Below, piece after piece: positions 1-8,965 of a DNA stretch of 64,000 nucleotides. The stretch is taken from the NCBI GenBank assembly GCA_051251855.1, contig JBPOGI010000001.1:288001-352000 (forward strand), read 5' to 3'. The notes beneath the pieces were generated by a model. It made no database searches. It worked only from the letters and a program-made list of their open reading frames with translations, and had not been told where the DNA came from. Made by a program: the position numbers and the translations under genes. This stretch comes from Roseibacillus sp. (GTDB taxonomy: Bacteria > Verrucomicrobiota > Verrucomicrobiia > Verrucomicrobiales > Akkermansiaceae). Each line of letters begins with the position of its first letter. The first letter of the stretch is position 1.

Positions 1-1
1 C

Positions 2-1087
2 GATGTTGCCGGCACCGGAGACAAAGTAGACTCCGCAAAAGTTGCCGTGCTCCATGACCTTGCGCCAATGGGAGCGATACTCGCCGTAACCTCGTCGGGA
101 GAAACTCATGCTGTAGGTGTCGGCGCCTTGTTCGATGGCCCACTCGACGGATTGTTCGATGCCGCCAGTATTGATAACTCCGGTCCATTGACTCTTGGGC
201 GCGACTCCGCATTGGGTATTGCCACTGGTGCTTCCTGAACCGCTGACGATATTGGCGCAGCTGGTGCCGTGAAGAATACGTCGATCCTTTGGGTCACCAG
301 TGAAGGGGAGGGTGGTGAGTTGGGCTGAGTCCTGGTCGAAGTTATAGCCATGATAGTCGTCGATGTAGCCGTTGCTGTCGTCATCGATTCCGTTGTGGGG
401 GATCTCGTTGGGGTTGCGGTAAACATTGCGTGTGAGAGGTTCGGAGAAGATGAAGTTTCGATCATGGATCACGTTGAGGGTGCCTTCTCCGGTGACTTTG
501 AAGTCCTTCCAGACTTGGTCGGCTTTCAGTTTCTGAATATACCACGGGATGTTCTCAAAGTAGGGTTCTTCAAGGGGCGCGATCGGGGGATTTCTTTCGA
601 TTTCGCCAACTGTCTTTTTCTCGATGCGGGGTAAGGGACGTAGAAAGACCTTTCGCACCCCGGGGATCTGAGCGAGAGCGAAGAGGTCTTTGTGAAGCAT
701 GGTGCAAGTAAAGCCATTGACGATCCAGTGGGGGACGAGGTCTTTGAGGACGTCCTGTTCCTCCAAGTTGGCAAGAGCCTTAGACGCTTTTTGGATTGAG
801 GATTGGTTCTGGGATTTGAGGGCTTTGACGGTTTCGACTCGTAAGGTGCGGCGCTCGGATTCGGCAAACTCCTGCGCCCTTCTTTGGTATCCCGCGCCAT
901 CGCCCAGCAGTTGCTTATCGAACCAGACGGTCACTCTGAGGGGAGTGATTTCACTGACTTCTGGTTGAGGGGGAGGGGAAAACCAAATCCCCGTGCCAGG
1001 AAGAGTTTCCATCGAGATGGTGAGGGCTGATGCTGAAATTGGAAAGAGAGCGGAACTTAGGAAGAGTGCGCGCAAGAGGAGGCTCAT
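2..1087 (-). CDS. Secreted subtilisin-like S8 serine peptidase (partial, runs off the window start)
   Basis: Not in the ORF track; translated by hand from ATG at 1087. Signal peptide MSLLLRALFLSSALFPISASA, I9-like prodomain (HWIVNGF), Asp region VTGEGTLNVIHD, insertion NPNEIPHNGIDDDSNGYIDDYHGYNF, His motif HGTSCA, GVAP, oxyanion motif SGAGN. The frame stays open to the window edge. Confidence 0.9.
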   Translation of the reverse strand, partial: MSLLLRALFLSSALFPISASALTISMETLPGTGIWFSPPPQPEVSEITPLRVTVWFDKQLLGDGAGYQRRAQEFAESERRTLRVETVKALKSQNQSSIQKASKALANLEEQDVLKDLVPHWIVNGFTCTMLHKDLFALAQIPGVRKVFLRPLPRIEKKTVGEIERNPPIAPLEEPYFENIPWYIQKLKADQVWKDFKVTGEGTLNVIHDRNFIFSEPLTRNVYRNPNEIPHNGIDDDSNGYIDDYHGYNFDQDSAQLTTLPFTGDPKDRRILHGTSCANIVSGSGSTSGNTQCGVAPKSQWTGVINTGGIEQSVEWAIEQGADTYSMSFSRRGYGEYRSHWRKVMEHGNFCGVYFVSGAGNI

Positions 1088-1250
1088 GGGGAGAGCTTGG
1101 CTGTTGAGAAGGCAAACGTCGAACTTTAGAGAAGCTCGACCCATTTCGACGTCCTAGTCATCGGGTTTGGAGGAGGCGCGGTCTTTTTTGTTCCAGATGG
1201 GTGGCTTTCGAATTGGCTTTAGGACCTAAAAGGAGCTTATTAGAAGCGAT

Positions 1251-2837
1251 ATGAGCAGTTGCCCCAGTATTTTTAATGATGTCCTTGGGCCGGTGATGCG
1301 AGGGCCATCCAGCTCCCATAGCGCTGCGGCCCTGCGGATTGGACGAGTGGCACGGGATTTGATGGGGGGGGAGTTGAGTCATGTGCGAGTGGACTATGAC
1401 CCCTCGGGTTCCTTGGTGACGACTCATGAATCCCAAGGCTCAGACCTAGGGCTCTTTGGGGGCTTAATGGGCTGGGATACGGATGACGAGCGCTTGATGA
1501 ACTTTCGGGAAGAGATTCGCAAAGCGGGAATTGAGGTTGAGATCTGTTACACGAGTTATGGCGCCGAGCATCCTAACAACTATCGGCTTACGATGGGTAG
1601 CGGGGAACGTGAGCGTAGCTTGGAGGCGATTTCCACGGGCGGAGGGATGATTGTGATTCAGAAAATCGACGGCATTTCGGTGGCGCTGAATGGGGATTTT
1701 TTTGAGACGGTGATTTGTCTCAAGGGGGCGGCTGAAGAGGTTGAGAAGCGTTTGGTGCAGGAAGGTTCCTTTGAGGAGATGGTGGTGAATTGTGAGGGGA
1801 ATTCTTCTCTGGTGGTGGCTAGCGGGCGTAAGTATCCTAAACAAGAACTGCTAAATGAGATTGTTGGCTGCGATGGTGTCACTTCGGTTGAGGTGGTGAG
1901 ACCAGTTCTTCCCGTTCTTGGGCGTAAGGATCTGAAGGTGCCTTTCCTGTGCTGTGAAGAGATGCTGGTCTACCTAAAAGAAGAGGGTGGAGAGCTTTCG
2001 TTGGCGGACTTGGCGATTCGATATGAAGCCGCTCGCGGGGGGATTTCTGAAGAGGAGGTGGTGGCGAAGATGGGGGAATTGGTTGAGGTGTTCGAGACTT
2101 CGATCAGTAAGGGCTTGGGAGGGACTCAATATGATGATCGGATTCTCCCGTATCAGTCAGGGCAGTTTGGGGAGTTGTTAGAAAAGGGAGAACTCATTCC
2201 CGGTGACGTGCTGAATCGGGTGATTCTCTACGTTACCGCAATGATGGAGATGAAGAGTTCGATGGGAGTGATTGTTGCGGCTCCCACGGCGGGATCTTGC
2301 GGGGCCTTGCCGGGTGCGATCTTTGGGGTGTGCGATGCCATGGGCTTGGACCGGTCGCGAAGAATTGAAGCTCTCCTCGCGGCGGGATTGATCGGGGTTT
2401 TCATTACCGCTCGTTCGACTTTCGCTGCCGAGGTGGCTGGGTGTATGGCGGAGTGTGGATCGGGGGCGAGTATGGCGGCGGCTGCTTTGACTGGCTTGGC
2501 GGGGGGCTGTCTTTCGCAGCAATTGAGTGCGGCTTCACAAGCATTGCAGAACTCGTTTGGGATGACCTGCGATACGTTGGCAAATCGAGTGGAAGCCCCT
2601 TGTTTGGGAAAAAATGTGATGGCGGCAAGTAACGCGTTGGCTTGCGCGAATATGGCACTGGCGAATTACCAGCATCTGGTTCCGATGGACCAAGTGATCG
2701 ACGCCATGCGTGAGGTCGGGGAGCTGATGCCGCGCGAGATTTGCTGCACAGGGCTAGGCGGGCTCGCTGTCACCCCTGCGTCGCGCGAGCTTGAAAAGCA
2801 GTTGAGCAAGAAAGGGTGTGGGGGCTGCGGTAGCTAG
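1251..2837 (+). CDS. sdaA: Fe-S-dependent L-serine dehydratase, fused beta (SdaAB) and alpha (SdaAA) subunits
   Basis: Beta-type N-terminal motif SIFNDVLGPVMRGPSSSH. Alpha-type motifs IVAAPTAGSCG, AEVAGCMAECG, GMTCD...VEAPC, with the cluster cysteines present. Confidence 0.9.
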   Translation: MSSCPSIFNDVLGPVMRGPSSSHSAAALRIGRVARDLMGGELSHVRVDYDPSGSLVTTHESQGSDLGLFGGLMGWDTDDERLMNFREEIRKAGIEVEICYTSYGAEHPNNYRLTMGSGERERSLEAISTGGGMIVIQKIDGISVALNGDFFETVICLKGAAEEVEKRLVQEGSFEEMVVNCEGNSSLVVASGRKYPKQELLNEIVGCDGVTSVEVVRPVLPVLGRKDLKVPFLCCEEMLVYLKEEGGELSLADLAIRYEAARGGISEEEVVAKMGELVEVFETSISKGLGGTQYDDRILPYQSGQFGELLEKGELIPGDVLNRVILYVTAMMEMKSSMGVIVAAPTAGSCGALPGAIFGVCDAMGLDRSRRIEALLAAGLIGVFITARSTFAAEVAGCMAECGSGASMAAAALTGLAGGCLSQQLSAASQALQNSFGMTCDTLANRVEAPCLGKNVMAASNALACANMALANYQHLVPMDQVIDAMREVGELMPREICCTGLGGLAVTPASRELEKQLSKKGCGGCGS

Positions 2838-2852
2838 CTTTTAGGGAAATGG

Positions 2853-3572
2853 TTATTTGGGAGTGCTGAACACGAGATTGCCGACAAACTTGGTGCTGTC
2901 TTTGACCTTGAGTAGCTTTTTGGCTAACACATTGTTACCAGATAAGACGGAGTCGTAAGAAGTGTTAAGGCTCTTGGAAGCTAGATGGTCTCCGTCTTTG
3001 TCGGTGACCAAGATGATATAGTCGCTATATTGGTAGCCTCCCAGATTTCCTTCCCCTTTGTTGTCGGAGTCATAGCGAGTGACAAACTCTTTGAGCTGTA
3101 CCTCTGCTTCATTCAGCTTGGGAGGAGAGATCGAAAAGCTCTGATTCGCGAGAACACATTTAAGGTCATCATCACGCTGGTCTTCGCCAATGATGATAAT
3201 GTTGACCGTGACCTCGGGACTATCGATTTCGCGGCTAGTATTCTTTACAACGGCTTTACCTGAAATGGTCTGATTGACGTAATACGTGCCATCCTTTTTC
3301 CTCCGTTTTCCAACGGAAAATTCGATTTTATAATCGGGGAGCGCTGCGGGTAAATCCTTGGTCTTTTCCTTGAGGAGTTTAACTGTTTCTGCGCTCAGGT
3401 TTGAAAGAGGAATTTTGAAGAGTTTATTATCTTCGGTTCTTTTTACTGATACTGATTTCTCGGTAATGGAGATGACTTTGGCATTTAGGGTGTTTCCCTT
3501 TTTGTCAGTGAGATCCAATACTGGTGCTGCAAAGGCGCTTCCCGCAAATAGGAGTAAGGATAGAAATTTCAT
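2853..3572 (-). CDS. Secreted hypothetical protein with SHD1-like N-terminal domain
   Basis: The ATG at 3572 gives signal peptide MKFLSLLLFAGSAFA, followed by the SHD1-like pattern LTDKKGNTLNAKVISITEKSVSVKR...FKIPLSNLS. The ORF track starts at 3641. Confidence 0.65.
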   Translation of the reverse strand: MKFLSLLLFAGSAFAAPVLDLTDKKGNTLNAKVISITEKSVSVKRTEDNKLFKIPLSNLSAETVKLLKEKTKDLPAALPDYKIEFSVGKRRKKDGTYYVNQTISGKAVVKNTSREIDSPEVTVNIIIIGEDQRDDDLKCVLANQSFSISPPKLNEAEVQLKEFVTRYDSDNKGEGNLGGYQYSDYIILVTDKDGDHLASKSLNTSYDSVLSGNNVLAKKLLKVKDSTKFVGNLVFSTPK

Positions 3573-3737
3573 TGCTGTTCTTGTAGTTGCCCACATTCCA
3601 TAAGTCAAGAAGGCGAGATGTGTGTAGGACTGTAATGCCAACCCACGTATTCAACTGCTATAATTTTAGGAGTATTTTCGAAGCCTTATCTCATCAGATG
3701 GAGCAACAGTCTTATCTGAAACCTAGAGCCTTCTTTG

Positions 3738-5294
3738 TTATTCCTTTGGTTGCAGGCGGGGGAAGACGGGCTTTGGCTTATTGATGGTTTGGCCAGCTGG
3801 GAGGAGGCCCCACTTGAGTTCACTCAACTTGAGGTCGGCAAGCTGAGGAGCGTTCAGTTGGACTTGCATCTTGGCTGCTGCGGCAGGGACGAAGGGCTGC
3901 AAGAGCACGGAGGCGAGGGCGCAGGCTTCACACATATGGTGGAGGACAGCGGTGAGCTGATCGCGCTTGGCTTCGTCTTTTTTGAGTTCCCAGGGTTTGG
4001 TACGTTCTGCGAAGGTGTTGACGTCGGTGATGAAGCTGACAATGGCCTCAAGAGTCCCACGCAGGTCGATGGCAGCCATCTTTTCAGGATAGGCTGCGAG
4101 GAGGGCGGCGTGGGAGTTTCGGACAAGCTGGCACTCTTCGTCGTCGTATTGATAGGCGGTGAGCTCGCTGCCAAGGGAGGCCTTGGTCATGTTGAGTGAA
4201 CGGTTGAGGAGGTTACCGAGTCCGTTGGCCATCTCGGAGTTGAAGAGGACGAAAAGGCGCTCGGGATTGTAGTCTGAGTCTTTGCCGGTGGCGATGTCGC
4301 GAGCGAGGTAGTAACGCACGGCATCGGAACCAACGGTATCGATGAGTTCCATGGGGTCGATGATGTTCCCAAGTGAGCTGGACATCTTCTGACCGCTACT
4401 ATTCCAGAATCCGTGAACCAGTAGGTCCGGCATTTGTTCGTTGCCGAAGCCCATGGCATGAAGCATGCAGGGCCAGTAGACAGCGTGGGCTGGGACCATG
4501 ATGTCTTTACCTATGACGTGAAAATTCGCAGGCCAGAGGGTGTCGAAGTCGGGGAGTTCGCTGCCTTCTTCCTTGAGGTAGCCGGCAAAGGAAATGTAGT
4601 TGATGAGAGCGTCGAACCAGACGTAGGTCACAAAATTTTCGTCGAAGGGGAGGGGGATGCCCCATGAGAGTCGTTCCTTGGGACGAGAGATGCAGAGGTC
4701 AGTGGACTCGGCCTTTTCGATGGCGTTGAGCACTTCACTCTTTCGAAATGCGGGCGTAATGCCGAGAGCGTCGGACTCGACGGCTTCGCGTAGCCAAGTG
4801 GTGTGCTCGGAGAGCTTGAAGTACCAGTTCTCTTCTTCGAGCTCGACAACTTCGCCCCACTCGGCGCCAAAGTTGCCGTCCTCGCCGCGCTCTTTGTCGG
4901 TGAGGAATTGTTCTTGGCGGACGGAGTAAAATCCAGAATAGGATTTTTTGTAGAGCTGACCTTTCTCGTAAAGATCGGTGAGGATTTTGGAGACGCAGGC
5001 CTTGTGACGAGGGTCGGTGGTCTCGACCCAGCCGTCATTTGAAATGTCGAGAGCGGTGAGAAGTTGAGTGAATCTTTCGGTGTTTTGAGTCGCAAGGGCT
5101 GCGACATCGACCCCTTCTTTTTCAGCAGTTTGCACCATCTTTTGACCGTGTTGATCGACGCCGGTGAGAAAGTAGACTTCTTCGCCACAAAAGCGATGGT
5201 AGCGGGCGAGGACATCGGTGAGGACTTTCTCGTAGGCGTGACCGATATGAGGTGAGCCGTTGGGGTAGTCGATAGCGGTGGTGAGGAAGATCAT
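3738..5294 (-). CDS. metG: Methionine--tRNA ligase (short form, no C-terminal tRNA-binding domain)
   Basis: Motifs TTAIDYPNGSPHIGHAYE (HIGH), TGVDQHGQK, DLCISRP, WGIP, YVWFDALINY, HVIGKDI and KMSSS (KMSKS variant). Confidence 0.97.
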   Translation of the reverse strand: MIFLTTAIDYPNGSPHIGHAYEKVLTDVLARYHRFCGEEVYFLTGVDQHGQKMVQTAEKEGVDVAALATQNTERFTQLLTALDISNDGWVETTDPRHKACVSKILTDLYEKGQLYKKSYSGFYSVRQEQFLTDKERGEDGNFGAEWGEVVELEEENWYFKLSEHTTWLREAVESDALGITPAFRKSEVLNAIEKAESTDLCISRPKERLSWGIPLPFDENFVTYVWFDALINYISFAGYLKEEGSELPDFDTLWPANFHVIGKDIMVPAHAVYWPCMLHAMGFGNEQMPDLLVHGFWNSSGQKMSSSLGNIIDPMELIDTVGSDAVRYYLARDIATGKDSDYNPERLFVLFNSEMANGLGNLLNRSLNMTKASLGSELTAYQYDDEECQLVRNSHAALLAAYPEKMAAIDLRGTLEAIVSFITDVNTFAERTKPWELKKDEAKRDQLTAVLHHMCEACALASVLLQPFVPAAAAKMQVQLNAPQLADLKLSELKWGLLPAGQTINKPKPVFPRLQPKE

Positions 5295-5372
5295 GTTTAC
5301 TTGTAGGAGGGTTGAGAAAGGTGGGACTGGAAACCAGACTTTTTCCTGAGAAAGAGAGGTCCTCCGCGCTTC

Positions 5373-5777
5373 TTAAGAATGAGCGAAGAGCTTTGGCTGG
5401 AGTTTTCGAAAGATAAGTGTGCCAGCGAGGGCTCCTAGGATGTCGGCGGTGAGGTCGCCGGAGTCGTTGCCAGAGCGGAAGGGATACCAAGATTGGTGCC
5501 ATTCGTCTAAGGAGCCCACTGCGAAGAGGATGAGAACGACCAATAGGTGAATGGTGCTCCAGTGAAAGTTCCGGCGCTTCTGAAGGAAGAGGGTTGCGGT
5601 GAGAAGGCCAGCACCTCCGAAGAAGTAGCCGAAATGGAGAACCTTATCAACGGGGTAGTCGAGAGGTAGTTTGGGACCCTGGAGGGGACGACTCGAAAGA
5701 GTCCAGAGAGTGACGAACCAGACCAGAAAGAGGCCCGACCATAGGTGGTGCCGTCTAGCAAAGGCAGGAGTTTTCAC
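5373..5777 (-). CDS. VanZ-family membrane protein
   Basis: Motifs DKVLHFGYF, LDEWHQSWYPFRSG and DLTADILG. Likely start is the in-frame GTG at 5777; the ORF-track extension to 6020 overlaps the antitoxin gene. Confidence 0.8.
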   Translation of the reverse strand: MKTPAFARRHHLWSGLFLVWFVTLWTLSSRPLQGPKLPLDYPVDKVLHFGYFFGGAGLLTATLFLQKRRNFHWSTIHLLVVLILFAVGSLDEWHQSWYPFRSGNDSGDLTADILGALAGTLIFRKLQPKLFAHS

Positions 5778-5809
5778 GGCTTTGGAGCGACGGGGAATCC
5801 CAAAATGGT

Positions 5810-6085
5810 TTAATCCATTTTCCGCATTTCGTCTTCGAGACGCTCGGCGAGCCACTGCTTGATCATGGACTGATAGTTCAGGAACCGTGAGCGGGCGATG
5901 CGCTTGATGCGCGAAAGCATGCGAGGGTCGAAGCGAAGGGTGATAGTGGTCGATTCGCGGGAATCGGGGGCGTGAAGGGAGCCTTGCATCAGACGCGGAG
6001 CTAAATCGTGGTTGCTCCAAAATTTGGCTTCGTCTTCTTCTTCTTCGAAATCGGGGATTTCGTCCCAGCTGGTGATGGTCTTCAT
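5810..6085 (-). CDS. BrnA/CopG-like antitoxin
   Basis: IPDFEEEEDEAKFWSNHD, then a ribbon-helix-helix-like segment TTITLRFDPRMLSRIKRIARSRFLNYQSMIKQWL. Abuts the upstream toxin-like gene. Confidence 0.85.
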   Translation of the reverse strand: MKTITSWDEIPDFEEEEDEAKFWSNHDLAPRLMQGSLHAPDSRESTTITLRFDPRMLSRIKRIARSRFLNYQSMIKQWLAERLEDEMRKMD

Positions 6086-6364
6086 TTACTTGAACTCGGC
6101 GAACTTGCGTTCGTAAAAGGTTTGCTCGTCATCACTGGCGTTGCGGGCTGCAACGACGCGGACTTTTTTGCCATCTGTTGAGAAGGCGAGGAAAAGGTAG
6201 CGGTTGGAAATCGACTTTCCAATGGCATAGAATCGAGACTCGCCATCGGAACGGTCGTTCTCGGGCAAGAGTCGTACCGCGAAGGGGTCTTCTAAAGCCT
6301 CCTCAATTTCGCGGGGTTTCATCTCCTTGGTGTCGAAGGAGACATCTAAGATATCCAGTTCCAT
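6086..6364 (-). CDS. BrnT-family toxin-like protein
   Basis: EIEEALEDP...GESRFYAIGKS...YLFLAFS...KVRVVAARNAS..E...Y matches the central and C-terminal BrnT pattern. Confidence 0.8.
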   Translation of the reverse strand: MELDILDVSFDTKEMKPREIEEALEDPFAVRLLPENDRSDGESRFYAIGKSISNRYLFLAFSTDGKKVRVVAARNASDDEQTFYERKFAEFK

Positions 6365-6656
6365 GTGTGCAAGTGAAAGGTGCGGTTGGATTGCCCACTC
6401 TTCAAGGCAAAATGAGGACAGTGGGAAAGGAAGAAGGGTGACTGGCGAGAGTTGGAGGGAAGGCGCTTTTTCTCAAAGAGCCGTCTTTTCTTCTCTTATT
6501 GGGCTGTTCTGCGAGGGCGGAAGGTCCTGTAGACCCTTTCGCTACTGACATTTTGAAGGGTGGTTGCCAAACTTTTCGGTTGTCAGATGTTCTTTTTGGG
6601 GTCACTTTAGCAACGCGCAAGGTTGTCTTTGCGTTTGAACTAACCAAAGGAAAATT

Positions 6657-6971
6657 ATCGCAGGACCGCCAAGAAGACGAGGAGGAGGAGGCCGCAGACG
6701 CGGGAGAGGACGTGGAGGTCCTGGATTCAAGAAGAGTAATATCCGTGAAAAGGATGGCGAGGCGAAAGCAGTCGAGATTGAGGGCACTGTAAGTGCGGTA
6801 TTAGCAGGGACAATGTTCAAGGTTGAGTTGTCGAGTGGACACGAGGTTTTGGCCCACATTTCGGGTAAGATGCGGAAGAGGTTTATTCGATTGGTAATTG
6901 GCGACAAAGTCAAGATGGAGATGTCTCCTTACGACACCTCCAAGGCTCGGATCGTTTATCGGTTGGGCTGA
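6657..6971 (+). CDS. infA: Translation initiation factor IF-1, probable non-canonical ATC start
   Basis: Not in the ORF track. The frame reads [67 protein letters not shown] to TGA at 6969-6971. Identity is clear; the start position is inferred. Confidence 0.93.
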   Translation: MAGPPRRRGGGGRRRGRGRGGPGFKKSNIREKDGEAKAVEIEGTVSAVLAGTMFKVELSSGHEVLAHISGKMRKRFIRLVIGDKVKMEMSPYDTSKARIVYRLG

Positions 6972-6998
6972 GTTTTCTCTCATTACCTTTTTTCTTTG

Positions 6999-7026
6999 AG
7001 GCCTGCGATTACGCAGGCCTTTTTTT
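6999..7026 (+). terminator. Rho-independent terminator of infA
   Basis: Perfect 9-bp stem AGGCCTGCG-atta-CGCAGGCCT followed by a T run. Confidence 0.9.
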
Positions 7027-7113
7027 GTGGATGGTAGGTAGGATAATTTTCGAGTTCTGCGAGATTTGAACTGACTGGGTACTATTCGGCGAGTAGCACT
7101 AGCGGTAGAGCAT

Positions 7114-8925
7114 ATGCTGGAGAATTGGGAATATTGGTTTTTAGCGGTTCTTATCGCGATTGTTTTTGTGTCTTTCGTCAAAGAGTGGATCTCAGTTGAG
7201 ATTGTGGCGCTGGTGGGGATGTTTCTGTGTGTTGGAGTGGGAATTCTTCCGCTCGGCGAGGCTCTCTCGGTTTTCTCTCATCCTGCTCCGCTCGCCATTG
7301 GTTGCATGTTCATTGTGAGCGCAGCGCTTGAGAAAACAGGCGTCATCGAGTCTTTGGGAGACTGGTTCGAAGACCTTGCTGGAAAAACAGAGAAGTCGAT
7401 GTTGCTTTGGTGTGTCCTGATTGTGGCGTTGCTATCCGGGTTCGTGAACAACACCCCGGTTGTGGTGGTCTTCATGCCGATCATTCTTGGGATCTGTCGG
7501 CGTAAGGACTGGAAGGCTTCACGTTTTTTGATTCCGCTGAGCTATGCCGCGATTGTGGGAGGAACCGTAACGATTATCGGTACCTCGACGAATTTGATCG
7601 CGGCGGGGATTGCAGAAGATAGCGGGATGGAGACCTTCAGTATGTTTGAGGTCACGAAGTTAGGGGTGGTATTCTGCGTGATTACGGCGGTCTATCTCAT
7701 GACGGTGGGGAGAAAGTTGCTACCGGATCGGACGACTTTGGCGTCCTTGATTGATACCGAGAGTTCGCGTGAGTTCATTACCCACGCCTATTTAAGTAAG
7801 GGCTCTCCGCTGGTTGGGAGTGAGTTTGGTGAGACGCCTTTTGCTAAAATCAAGAAGCTGCGACTGATTGAAGTACGTCGAAATGGCTTGCGGGTGAGGG
7901 TGCCGCTCAAGGAGGTGCGATTTCGCGAGGGAGATGAGCTTTTCTTTAAGGGGAGTCCGGACGGAGTGCTCGATGTTCATAAAACTGAGGGCGTCGAAGT
8001 GAGTAGTGAGACAGGGCAAGACGAGTTTGGGTTGGAAGGGGTGCGGACGGAATCTGCAGTGTTAATGGAGGGTATTCTGGGGCCTGATTCATCTTTGGTG
8101 GGGAAGTCTTTGGCTGAGATTAAGTTCCGCCAGCAATTCGGAGTAATCATCTTGGCGGTTCATCGACGTGGTAAGAATCTACAAGAGAAATTCGAGGACA
8201 CGAAGTTGGCCTTCGGTGACACGCTCTTGGTGCAAGGTTCCGCCGAGAAGATGAGGCGTCTGTTTGAGCAGCGTGACTTCATTAACTTGAGCGCGCCGAC
8301 GACGCAGGAATTTCGAAAGAAGAAAGCGCCTTGGGCCATTGGTGCCTTGGTGGTGTTTGTTCTCTTGGGTGCCTTGGGTGGTTTTGATTTAATTGAGAAG
8401 ATTCCTACGGTCCAGTTAGCTTTGGGGGCAGTGCTGTTTGTGTTGTTAACCCGTTGTTTGGAGCCCAAGGAGGCTTATGAGGCGGTGGATTGGCGAATTA
8501 TTTTTCTCATTATGGGGATGTTGGGGATTGGCCTTGCAATGATTCATTCGGGGCTGTTGGCTGCGATTGCGGACCAGGTTGAGGCCGTTTGCGGTGGACT
8601 AGATCCTCGCTTGATTATCGCTCTCATCTATTTACTCGCGGCTGTTCTTACGGAGTTGGTCAGCAATCAGGCGGTGGCAGTGCTGTTGACTCCTTTGGCG
8701 ATTCAGTTGGGCATTCAGCTAGATATTGAGCCTCGGGCTTTGGTCATTGCGATCATGTTTGGAGCTTCGGCGAGCTTCTCGACTCCGATCGGATATCAAA
8801 CCAATACTTATGTGTTTGGTGCGGGCGGCTACAAGTTTGGGGACTTTTTCCGAGTGGGTTTTCCGCTGGCGATTATTCTTTGGATTACAGCCAGTCTTCT
8901 GATTCCAATCATGTGGGAAATTTGA
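7114..8925 (+). CDS. SLC13/DASS-family permease with two TrkA-C domains
   Basis: Motifs SGFVNNTPVV, GGTVTIIGTSTNL, SFSTPIGYQTN and GGYKFGDF. Central soluble TrkA-C repeats (SPLVG...; SSLVGKSLAEIKFRQQFGVIILAVHR). Confidence 0.9.
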   Translation: MLENWEYWFLAVLIAIVFVSFVKEWISVEIVALVGMFLCVGVGILPLGEALSVFSHPAPLAIGCMFIVSAALEKTGVIESLGDWFEDLAGKTEKSMLLWCVLIVALLSGFVNNTPVVVVFMPIILGICRRKDWKASRFLIPLSYAAIVGGTVTIIGTSTNLIAAGIAEDSGMETFSMFEVTKLGVVFCVITAVYLMTVGRKLLPDRTTLASLIDTESSREFITHAYLSKGSPLVGSEFGETPFAKIKKLRLIEVRRNGLRVRVPLKEVRFREGDELFFKGSPDGVLDVHKTEGVEVSSETGQDEFGLEGVRTESAVLMEGILGPDSSLVGKSLAEIKFRQQFGVIILAVHRRGKNLQEKFEDTKLAFGDTLLVQGSAEKMRRLFEQRDFINLSAPTTQEFRKKKAPWAIGALVVFVLLGALGGFDLIEKIPTVQLALGAVLFVLLTRCLEPKEAYEAVDWRIIFLIMGMLGIGLAMIHSGLLAAIADQVEAVCGGLDPRLIIALIYLLAAVLTELVSNQAVAVLLTPLAIQLGIQLDIEPRALVIAIMFGASASFSTPIGYQTNTYVFGAGGYKFGDFFRVGFPLAIILWITASLLIPIMWEI

Positions 8926-8965
8926 GTCTTTCCGGCGGGGCTTGGTTGCGGTGATAGTCGGGGTG

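Noticed and set aside
47..968. Five short ORF-track entries at the window start
   Set aside because: All are shadows of the minus-strand S8 protease frame (2..1087).
5778..6020. Long N-terminal extension of the VanZ ORF
   Set aside because: It overlaps the antitoxin gene in another frame and has no protein-like features.
6754..6792. ATG GCG at 6754 as the infA start
   Set aside because: It is out of frame with the IF-1 core and stops at TAA 6790-6792; it would need an indel error.
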